Origin: Mytilus trossulus
Lineage: Eukaryota
Length of the DNA: 64,000 nucleotides
Direction: 5' to 3'
Assembly: GCF_036588685.1 (NCBI RefSeq)
Contig: NC_086379.1
Span: 41,354,001 to 41,418,000, forward strand
Position numbers and translations under genes: made by a program. Shown here piece by piece: positions 53,200 through 64,000 of the stretch (position 1 is the first letter of the stretch; the number at the start of each line of letters is the position of its first letter). A model generated the notes under the pieces. That model was not told the DNA's origin. It did not search any database and saw only the letters and a program-made list of their open reading frames with translations.

Positions 53200-54840
53200 C
53201 CATTGATCCACTATAAACTTAAACTGATCATATTTGATTTCATCATATAAATCTATATACATTTAGCTGCACACTGTAGGAATCTAGTTTATTTTTACGC
53301 AAGGATACCAATCATATAGGAAAACATTAATGATTTCAAAATTTTATTTGCACTCAATTTATAGTACTAGCATGTCCTCTTTTTATTTAAAATATTAAAT
53401 CGTAAACAAATTTGAATATTCGTTTACAAGTAGTTTTCATACCTTGGACGGACCTGTTATACAAAAATCTTTTGACCGCATCACTCTAAACTGACCTTAT
53501 TTGCTCTTTCTTCCTGCAAATCTATATAGCTGCACAGTAATTCAGTTATAATTTTAGGTCAAGAGGGACTGTAATATACAAGTTACAGCAATATTGGAAA
53601 ACAATGACCTCAAAATTTAGTTCCCATGAATTTAAAGTGCCAGCATGACCTCTTTTTATTCAAAGTATTGAATCGTAAACAAATATCAGTAGTTTTCATA
53701 CTTCAGACGGAGTCTTGTAATGAAATATTTTGACCGCATCAATTTAAACTGACCTTATTTGCTCTTTCTTTCTGCAAATCTATACAGCTGTACAGTAATT
53801 CAGCTATAATTTTAGGTCAAGAGAGACTGTAATATACAAGTTACAGCAATATTGGAAAACAATGACCTCAAAATTTAGTTCCCATGAATTTAAAGTGCCA
53901 GCATGACCTATTTTTATTCAAAGTATTGAATCGTAAACAAATATCAGTAGTTTTCGAATCATACTTTAGACCAAGTCGTGTAATAAAATGTTTTGACCGC
54001 ATCAATTTAAACTGACCTTATTTGCTCTTTCGTTCTGCAAATCTATATCGCTGCACAGTAATTAAGTTATAATTTTAGGTCAAGAGGGACTGTAATATAC
54101 AAGTTACAGCAATATTGGAAAACAATGACCTCAAAATTTTGTTCGCATGAATTTATAGTGCCAGCATATCCTCTTTTTATTCAAAGTATTGAATCGTAAA
54201 CAAATATCAGTAGTTTTCATACTTCAGACTGAGTCTTGTAATAAAATCTTTTGACCGCATCAACCAAAACTGACCATATTTGCTTTTTTTTATGCAATTC
54301 TATACATGATATAGTTGGACAGTTCTTCAGTTATAATTTTAGGTCAAGAGGGACTGTAGTTTATAAATAACTTCAATATTGGAAATCAACAACCACAAAA
54401 AAAAATCGCATCGATTGAGAGTACCAGCATTATATTTCCTACTTTTATTCAAAATATCGCATCAGAAACAAACATCAGTTAGTTTTCATACCTCAGATTG
54501 ACTCATGTAACAAAAATATGTGTCTGAGCAATAACAACCAGATCATAGAGCAAACAACAACCGATCACGATGGATTGTATAATTCAAATGACAGTGTGTC
54601 CTCTTTTTATTCAAAATATTGAATTGTTAACAAATTTCAGTAGTTTTGATATATCAGACTGAGTTGTTTTAATAACAAAATTATTTGACCGCATCAACCA
54701 AAACTGAACATATATTCTTTATCATGTAAATATGGCCTCATTGTAAATCAATAATATTTCTATGTCAGGACAGATATTGTATGATAAAGAGGACACCAAA
54801 TTTTGTCCACATCAATTTAGAGCGCCATTATTTCCTCTCT
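53200..54840. repeat. Tandem repeat of ~260-bp units inside the 4.3-kb element
   Basis: TGACCGCATCA recurs at 53473, 53731, 53994, 54252 (spacing 258/263/258) and 54686; three near-identical units with degenerate flanking units. Confidence 0.9.
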
Positions 54841-57220
54841 GTATACGTATCAACAATAGTATTATTTAAGGAATGACTGTAATATTTTTTTCTGTCTATG
54901 AAGAAATAACATAACAAATTTAATGCACACTGAAGTGCGCATAGTGGTTTTTTTTAACAGTGTGCACCACATTTTTTACGTTATTTCGAATTAACAGAAA
55001 AAAGTATTACAGTCGTTTCTTATAATTTAATTCTAAATTCCATTTTAACAAAATGTTTTTAAAACCTTGGCAAACCATGAAAAAACGTTGATGACGTTAC
55101 GGTCACATGACTAGCTTATGTCTATGGGTGCTGATAACAAAATAACGTCAGAAGACCCGTTACATCCAAACTTAAATAATTTAAAAAAAATAACGAACCG
55201 TCACCATGGTCACAAAAGTGAATTTTTAAGTCAGTAGTTCATGATGGTTTTTTTTTTAAACAAAACTATTTAACGGCATCATCCAACACTCACATGACTG
55301 ATTCATATACTTTATTCTAAAATGAAAAGTACATGTATGAGAAGTTCTCTTCTTGGAATATTATACTGACTATACTGTTAATATAATTTGAAGAAGGACA
55401 ATGATTGGTTTTGTTTGTAGCCTAACGTCCAGTGGCAAATATTTCATTCATGTTCAGATCTAGTCTATTTTTTTGACGTTCCAGACTCCAAGATATTATT
55501 CATAATCGTTATGGATAAGTTTGGCAATGAGATAATGCAAATCAGGAACATATATATTAACTTAGATATACTGTTCCCAGTGCAAATGTACATAGTTTTT
55601 TACGTTTAACAACACTGTTTTCATTAATCCCATGATTCATCCTCTGTACAATTTTCGTTTGAACATTTGTCAAAACAGAAAATGAGAATCCTAAATCAAG
55701 AATGTAAATCCAAGGCAAACAAGTTAAATTAAGATTAAAAAAAGTTATATTTCACATGTACGAAGAGACTGTTATAAACGGGGAACGAAAAAACGTAAAC
55801 AATGATGTACGTTTCATTTGCAATCTTATAAAAATATTTCTCCGATGAGTTGGATAACCTCCTATCCACTCTTCGATATTTGTACATGTAAATTTTGATC
55901 AGTAAAAAATATAGAAAATCTGCTATTATATATAGTAAAGTAATTGGAACTGATTTTTTTCTCTTCTAAATTCTAAAGTGCCCTTTCTGCAGTGACGTCA
56001 TTTAGAACTGTTCTTCAGAACTGATTTTGTCAGTTCTACCTAGAACAGTTTTAGACAGTTCTACCCTAGAACTGATCCTGAGAGTTCTACCACGGGTAGA
56101 ACTGTTCTAGCTAGAACTGTTCTATGACAGGTTAGAACAGTTCTATGACAGATTTTTCTGACAGTTCTAATGAGAGGTTAGAAGTGATCTCCACTGTATC
56201 TACCAAGGTTCATCAACAATCGATTTTAGAAAACTAACTACATAATGTATGTCTAAACAATTGCTTTAAAAAAATATGACAGACATGAACAAACGACAAC
56301 CACAGAAATGCAGGCTCTTTGCTTTGGACAGAAAAATAAACCAAATTTTAGGAATAAACATGTTTGAAGGAGGACAGGACAAGTTGTATTGACACCCCTC
56401 CCCAACCACGATTGTTTAACCCTATTCCAGCAGCCCGGCCAACTTTATAGCTCACAAAGTGTTTCGAAAGTCTATTTAGACCAACTAAAATAAACTTGAC
56501 ATTCACCATGTGCAAATATAGGATTTCGCTATCAAAGTTTCTATAAAAATTAACTTTGTCATATATATTTAATAAAAAACGGTCACTGTTCATTTAAGCT
56601 TACAATCTGCCTTTTAAAGAAGCATTCATTTTTGTTAAGGTACTTTTATTCTGTTAAACTAATAGGAGAAAAATACGTAATATCGAAATAAAAATAAATA
56701 TAGGTCCCCGATGAATTAAAAAGACATTTCAATTTTAATGCTATAAATGGACATTTTTGCACCAAAGGGAGATGATGTGGAGTTTTTTCAATGATAAAAC
56801 TTTTCAAAAGTCATCTTGGGGCCAAAACAAATTTAATGTTTGGTTGACTTTTGTACCATATCATAAAGTATCAACCAATAGTGTAATAAATAAAGTAAGT
56901 AATGAAAAAACAACGTTTTAATTTTTGCTGAAATGTTTGTACCCTCTAGCCTACTGTAATTTTTATAATTGGCTCGAAAGATGGCATTTCCTCACAAACG
57001 TTTTGAAAGTACAGTTTGTAATTGTGTTTATGCTGGTCATCACCTTATTGTGTAATTGGCACCTCAGCAAATTTTCAAATATCTATAGAATTATCGATTC
57101 TGTTCGTCACTTACTGACCACATGTAATTTCCCTGATAGATTGTTAAATTCAATAGAGTCCGAATAGATAAGAATTACCACTTGTTATCTTATGTACATT
57201 TTCTGTATACAACTTTTGAA

Positions 57221-60200
57221 ATGGCGTTCACTATGTTATTAGTTGTACTGTGTACATCATTAGTCGCTCTATGTGAGGGAAGACAAAAAGTCCTTACACT
57301 GGCAACTTTGGACACAAATAGTACACAAAGTAAGGTATTTTAGCACTTGCTTGATCATGATGAGTGGTTCTATAACAATATACCGGTATACATATTAAAC
57401 AAATTCAACAAATGTATTAGTGTGGAGGACTTTTGTTTGCTTCTCTCTGTCAAATACAACGTTATAAGTTTTTAAAAGAATTAAGTGAATGGATAATATA
57501 TAAATAATAATGGACTGGGAAAAAGAAAAAAATTGAAAGTTCATTGGCATAAAACTTTGAATATTTGGCGGGAAATTATTCTCTCTAGATTTTTTGGACA
57601 TTTAACAATGAAACCTTTTTCTTTAACAAAAAAAAAACCAATCTATGAAACATAACAAGAACAAGATTTAAAAAAAATTAGCTTTTTAAGCTATAATATG
57701 TGTTGGAATTATAAAGAGGAAATTCAGAGTTAGCAGACAAATTTTTAATGGCACTACATGGATAAGACCAGAGGATTCCAAATATCTGCCAAGAATTAAG
57801 AAGAAAATCAGCGATCATCCTTATATCTTAAATTTCTAATCTCGAAAAAATCCTTTGGACATTTATCAAAATCTACATGCTGTTTAACGTTTAATATCTT
57901 TTTCTTAACTTGTTGTTTTTAATATAAGCTTTTATATGTAGAATTTGATACCTATGTGAGAAGAGAGATACTGTTTTATATACTTAGAAAGATAAATGAA
58001 ACAAACTTTGCCCAGCTCTCATCATCCACTGAGTGTGAAATGAAGATTAACAGCACTGGTGAACAGTGCCAACAATGTCTTGCTGGAGTGTGCCGAAAGT
58101 AAGTTCTAAAATATGACTTCACGTTTAGTGAACACACACTTAAGGATGTGAGTGTGTGTTAATATGTGTTCTATGATCATTCTTAGTATTCAAATACGTT
58201 CTTTCTTCTCCGAGTTTAAAAACATTGACATATGTACAGAAAATATTTATTATGGTAATTATTTGGATTTTCGTAAATATGAAAATATGAAGATGTATTA
58301 TTGTTGTTAATGAAACAACCATCCTACAGAGACCGATTGTCGCAGATTAAAAACACATTTAGGTTACCGCTCGTACTTCAACAATGAGCAAAACCATACC
58401 GTTTAGTAAGCTATAAAGTTTTCGACATGTCAAGACAACTAAAAAGAGAAAAAAACAACGGCCTGATCTTTGGACAAACAATAATTTTATAACGTTAATC
58501 AAATATGATAAGTAGCAACCGATAAAATATATTATGTTAATAAAAAAAACGAACTTTTATACTTTTCAGCAATACGCAAATGTTATATTATCAAAACTCG
58601 ATCAAACAGATTATGCCAACTATCTTTAAGCCAGTATTAGAAGTGAGTAATTTTGTGGACAAAATGGGGAAATCTTTACCAGCTGCTCTAGGATTATTGG
58701 GAGAAGAATCCGGATTGTTCCTTGAAGGACTTGGTCAAATATCTTCTCATCTTGGTTCAGGTTTGACAGGCTTAAAGGAATTCTCTGGAATCGCTTCTAA
58801 TTTACAGTCTTTGGGAGGTAAATTAACATCGCTCTCAAAAGATGTGATAACTGTAAATATCAACAAATTACCAGAGTTTGGTAGTCAGGGCAGCATATTA
58901 GAAACATTGGTACAGCTTGGAGCTCAGAGTTTACTTGATCAAGTCAAAAATAGCTTTTCAAGTATCGGCGATGCGTTAACAGATCTCGGTAACAAAGTGG
59001 TTGGTGGAATTGCAGTCGCTGGAAATGCTGTCATAGATACCGGTAACACTATAGGGAACGCCTTTCATAGTGAGTATACACTTTATTTATTTTGCTGATA
59101 TATTGATTATGCTAAACACCAAATATTTCAAAATTGAAATCACTTAAGGAGATTTATTTCTTGTGTTTTCGACTCTAGAATCTCCAAACTCAGTCAATGA
59201 AAAACATGTAATTACATATCAAAGGGGGATTAACTACGCAAAAAAATACATGTGCGATATCTTAATATATGGAGGTAAACTGCGCTAAAATCCCGATCCT
59301 GCTTTATGAGGGAAATGCATGTCGTCGTGTCATTCATGGGTGGTAAAAACTTAGGAAATGATAATCATATTTGGTGTATCAATAAACATGGAAATAAGGA
59401 GGGATTAGGTCTACGACAAATTGTATTATCCAGTCATGTGCGATAGAAAATTGCGTATCAGCAAGTCATAAAAAATCGAGATGACTTTGGAGTTACCATA
59501 AAATCATTGGTTCCACAGCTTCATAGTGATCGTAACCCTTTATCAGCATTAGCTAGTTTCTTCTAATAGTCGTGCGTATAATATTACCGCGATTAGTTTA
59601 AACATATTTATTTAGAGTGGATTGGGAAACAAGTTTTGCAACTTATATTAATCCCTTTCCACTTTGCGGGTGCGAGTGCTGCCTTGTAGCGGCATTAGCC
59701 TACTCTTTTTCGAACTCTACAAGGGTGTCTTTAACGTGCAAGAGATATGGCTCTCTCTTAACACAGGTCAGCTATTTATCGTCCCCTTCCGACGGACTAT
59801 CATCGTTTCCTTAAGACCATACTCGCAAATGGTGTCAAGGGAGTGCCGAAAATTGAGTTCCTGAAATTTTCATCCCGAACGGGAATCGAACCAGGAACCT
59901 TTGTGTTAGTAGTCCGATGCACTAACCACTACACCACGGCTCTCTACCGCGATTCGAAACCATCTGCAATTTTTTACTCTTCCTTTACAAACTAGTAGAC
60001 CTCCTGATGTTAGTTGGACTGTGTGCTGCTTTTTTATTATTATTATTCCACTTTAAGAACTGGTGGTCGAACAAGATAGGCAAAGACTGCTATGACTTTT
60101 TTTTTGCTATCAAATTAATTTATCGTAAATTTACAAAGGGACAAAAGAGGAGCGAAAGATACTAGAGGGACTGTCAAACTCATAAATCGGAAATGAACTT

Positions 60201-62735
60201 TATGTTATTACAAACTCGATAAATAGTCAATTCGGTCGGTCACAATCGTGAAAAGGGAACGGGATTAATTGTAGTTACGACATAAGGAACATAACGGATA
60301 TCATCTGTGAAACTGGTATTCCATAACGGTCAACCAACTCCTGATGGCGACTGTAAAATTTACGAAGGCATGACTTCAACTTCACTATTTAAGTGGAACT
60401 TTTGGTACGATAACTTCATTGTGAGCACCAACCCTCTATCAAGGAATCATGATAGATAATACAAGCCCGGGGATATCGTATCAGTTTGGAGATATATACT
60501 CCATATGCAAGCGCTGCAGGAATGTTGCTACATAGAAACGGAAAGTTCAGTTGAAACGAGAAGCTGAAATATGCAATAATTATTTCTTTATTTCTAGGTA
60601 TATTTGGAAAGCGTGTTTTGTCTGTTGAGAAACGAGACTGTGACGACCAGTGCCCGGTTTGTGGTAAAATTGATCAGATGTCACATGACACAATGACTAT
60701 TTTAGCAATAGGTAAATTATACTTTGTGTGAATCTGACATACACTAACTTAAGTCACTGCACTCAAAATCTTTATTGATGCATCGCTGTAGCATTTGGCC
60801 CAGGAACACAGTTATTGTCCTTTTCAGAATCTAAGTCTTCATTTTTATTTCTCAAATAGAAAGAAGGTGGAGTAAATTTACACTTAAAAAAAATGGGTCA
60901 TGAATTTTAAAATTAAATAGTGATTTGGTCCAGCTTAAGGTGAAAGATTAGTATTCTGGAAACTGTCAAAAGAGTTCAAGACCGCCTTAACATAAAATAG
61001 ACCATTATATCTAAAGTTAGAGCTGATAAAGAGTTCTATAATTTTGAATGGATATAATTTTTTTTTACCTAGGACTAGGAAAACAGTAATTCAACCTTTA
61101 TTTAACTATCATGATGAAATGCTTACTTTGTATTTGCTGAGAAATTGCAGTGATATTGTAATGGATGGTGACACTTTAATAAAATAAATCTGATCTTATC
61201 TTATCTTATAACCGTGACCAATATTGTTCGTATTATTGACTCCTGTGCAATTACTATCCTCAACATATTCAAGCACAAGGGATCTCATATAAGTTTTAAA
61301 ATATCAGGATCTGTGAAGAAAATGTGCATATTTTTTTTATTACAGTTTGTGGCGAAGGAATAATATACAATCAACGTAATACTCTGGAGCAAGTCAAATA
61401 CCTACAAGGAATTTACAACAATACCATCCAAAACCAACTCATTACAAAAGTAAGTATGCTGTTTATCTTTTAATAATAATATGTTCTCTTTGATATATAT
61501 CAAATCGTTTTGAGTTTGTAAGTTACATGTCTGATGAAGTATTCTCTGAATCACCAGGTCCCATGTTCATCGTGCTATTTGGATACAAAATAAATATAAT
61601 AGTGAGACGTGCAACCTACCATGAACAAAAAAAACATAGCTTCAACTTATTCATCACTTCTTTGTTTTTTACAGGAGATTTGGCCATGGACCCTATTTTT
61701 ACTATATTTTTTGTGTGTTTTTTTTTTAATTACGTTCACAAAAGTCAATCTATGTGTCTCGGTTTATGATACATGTATATGGAGACCATCACTGCAACAA
61801 ATTTGTTATGATATTTCTCCACTCGAGACTGTAAAATTTGATATTCAAAGCGCGAGGCTTACCGGGCGTTTGAAATAATTAAAATTAATCTGTTGAGACA
61901 AATCTTAATATGGGGACGAAGTCCCCAATAACAGTAGAAAATTCAATAAAATAAAAAATTCGGGAAAATTTCCCGAATTTTTCATTGAACTAATGAACTC
62001 AAAATCGTTCAATTTTTTTTATGTCATGTTTTGAAATCCCGGACCTGCGCAGAAATCTACAAAGTACTTCCTTTTTCCGGTTTCATGAGAAAATATATAT
62101 TTATCAGTCTAGTATAAAATAGGAGAAGGACTGCAATACCAATTTCATTTTTTAATAATTCCTTGATATGATAAAACGTTACCTGATGAAAGCGTTTCTT
62201 TGTTTACATTGCATATGACGTCATAACTTAAATAACGTCACAACTAAAATCCCTAACAACAGAACCTAAATCGGAAACGTAAAGGTATTTCCGTTTTTTT
62301 TTTACAAATATTTAGGTTAAAAAAAATCATACAGACTTCGTCCCCATTAACAGGTGATCATTATGCCTGCCTCATATTAAAACGAGTTATAGTGACGGAA
62401 TTTGTTTGTCTTAGCCTTTTCATCCCTTATTTGCTGAAAGTTTTGCATGTTCTTTTTGTGTGACGTCGCCTTTTTTCAAGTATATTTGAAGTAAAAAAAA
62501 ATTGCCTCGTGAAGTTAATTTTTGAATGATAATTATTATGCATATATAATTACAGGTTGAATACGATCCTTTGTCAATTAAAACAGACCACAGAATAGCT
62601 TTTTCCAGGGCTTTTATGACATACAGTGTCCATGGAAGTGTGGACAGATTTCAGACAGATAATGACTTTGAAATAAGTGATCTGAAGAAGTCAGCGAAAG
62701 ATGTCGCTAAGCATATTTGGCAACTTATGAATTAA
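57221..62735 (+). CDS. Gene G: secreted precursor (387 aa) with a Gly/Leu/Ser-rich amphipathic insert; closest to F
   Basis: Exons 57221-57329, 57942-58098, 58570-59069, 60598-60711, 61346-61449, 62556-62735; GT-AG; total 1164 nt in frame. Signal peptide MAFTMLLVVLCTSLVALCEG; CEMKINSTGEQCQQCLAGVC; SIFGKRVLSVEKRDCDDQCPVC; VCG; VEYDPLS...QLMN*. Confidence 0.9.
59595..59944 (-). mobile_element. tRNA-derived SINE, second full-length copy, in intron 3 of gene G
   Basis: Reverse complement of 52455-52804 with scattered substitutions; TSD TACCGCGATT (59585-59594, 59945-59954). Confidence 0.9.
61908..62377 (+). mobile_element. MITE/HINE-like element copy 1 (intron 5 of gene G)
   Basis: Ends ATATGGGGACGAAGTCCCC (hairpin) and GACTTCGTCCCCAT...GCCTGCCTCATAT; TA on both flanks. 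Confidence 0.8.
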
Positions 62736-62752
62736 ATGATTATATTTTGCTA

Positions 62753-63245
62753 ATATGAGGCAGGCATAACCTGTAAATGGGGACGAAGTCTGTATGCATT
62801 ATTTTTTGTAACTTTAATATTTGTTAAAAAAATAAAACGGAAATACCGTAACGTTTCCGATTTTGGTTCTGTTGTTAGGGATTTTAGTTGTGACGTTATT
62901 AAATTATGACGTCATATGCAATGTAAACAAAGAAACGCTTTCATCAGGTAACGTTTTTTCATATCAAAGAATTATTTAAAAAAATGAAAATTGGTATTGC
63001 GTTCCCTCCTTTTTATACTAGACTGATAAATATATATTTTACTCAAAGATTCATAACGAGACCGGAAAAAGGAAGTATATTGTAGATTTCTGCGCCGGTC
63101 CGGGATTTCAAAACATGACATAAAAAAAAGTTAACGATTTTGAGTTCATTAGTACAATGAAAAATTCGGGAAATTTTCCCGATTTTTTTTTTTTTTTTTT
63201 TTTTTATTGATTTTTCTACCGTAATTGGGGACTTCGTCCCCATAT
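62753..63245 (-). mobile_element. MITE/HINE-like element copy 2, inverted (3' UTR of gene G)
   Basis: Reverse complement of 61908-62377 along its whole length; TA flanks; starts 18 bp after the stop codon of G. Confidence 0.8.
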
Positions 63246-64000
63246 TATCTCATCTTTTTACTATAAATCAAGCCTTTTGATGCATAGACTGGTTTATAAA
63301 GCCACACATTTGCATATAAAACACACACAAAAGTCATGTTTGAATATACTAGCCATAGCATTTCGGGGCATTGTCAAGCTGACAATGCGGTATGGGCTTT
63401 GCTCATTGTTGAAGGCTGTACGTTGATGTTGAGTTGTTGATTTCTGTGTCATTTTGTCTCTTGGTAAGTGTTATCTCATTGGAAATCATATCACAGCCTG
63501 TTTTTTTATATTTAAAATTATTTTAATTCCTTCAATAAAGTTTCTACGAAATTTTTGATCACCCTTTTACCTTTTACCCGTTTTTTCATATTTATTATGG
63601 CTATGGTGATATAAATATGTGTAACATCCAAGATTGCTATAAAGTTAAAGTTGAATATTTAGACAACCAAAACCTTATTACTAATAAATACACAAGGAAA
63701 TATGTGTCACTTAATAAGTTAGATAATATTATTTAAGCTTTTTTTTCAAATATTCCAAAACACTTTATAAATATTACCGAAAAACAGACGTATCATGCCC
63801 TCATCGCGCAGCCGTTTACCAAAAAGATAATGATAACATTCAAGTTTAAATGTCATTATACAAATATTTGATCAGATTTATCCTCAAAAGCATTGTTTGA
63901 CTTTTTCAACGTATAGTTCAACTTAATAAAATCTTAAGCAAACAAATGATCCCCTCAATTGAATTAAAAAAAAACAATTCATTGATTACTCGACATGACG

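Larger units (their letters stand above)
51888..56196. mobile_element. 4.3-kb non-autonomous Tc1/mariner-type element between genes F and G
   Basis: Perfect 25-bp TIRs CAGTGGAGATCACTTCTAACCTCTC (51888-51912, 56172-56196), TA on both sides, subterminal TAGAACTG/CAGTTCTA arrays at both ends. The host repeat (GATTGCCAACATGACAAC-TA-TCTACCAAG) rejoins across it. No transposase ORF. Confidence 0.85.

Noticed and set aside
1284-59069. Exon 3 as a skippable or freely shuffled cassette exon
   Set aside because: It is flanked by phase 2 and phase 1 introns, so skipping shifts the frame. The shared [KRT]P anchor and similar ends point to divergence in place rather than insertion of unrelated exons.

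Overview
AT-rich eukaryotic (animal) genomic DNA. Its interspersed repeats look like those of a bivalve, probably a mussel (recognised from memory, not searched). The ORF track only catches fragments because the genes are spliced. Manual splicing shows a head-to-tail array of seven paralogous six-exon genes on the + strand (A-G; exon 1 of A lies upstream of the window). All introns are GT-AG with identical phases (1/2/1/1/0) and the reading frames are intact. Each gene encodes a secreted precursor of about 340-425 aa: signal peptide, then a helical domain with C-x10-C-x2-C-x4-C and an invariant N-glycan sequon, then one hypervariable exon encoding a long amphipathic helix, then a convertase site (IF-G-KR amidation type, or RRKR), then C-x3-C-x2-C...C and a conserved C-terminal domain. 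The variable exon ranges from extremely cationic Gly/Lys 11-mer repeats (B, C) through apolipoprotein-like neutral helices (D, E) to Gly-rich neutral or anionic helices (F, G). I do not recognise the family. The best hypothesis is an undescribed 'conserved disulfide scaffold plus swappable membrane-active or antimicrobial payload' system. B and C share a promoter with a STAT-type site next to the TATA box. Introns and spacers hold a decayed Tc1 element, a Transib/RAG-like non-autonomous element (CACTGTG ends, 5-bp TSD), two tRNA-derived SINEs, several MITEs, minisatellites and an orphan D/E-type promoter relic.
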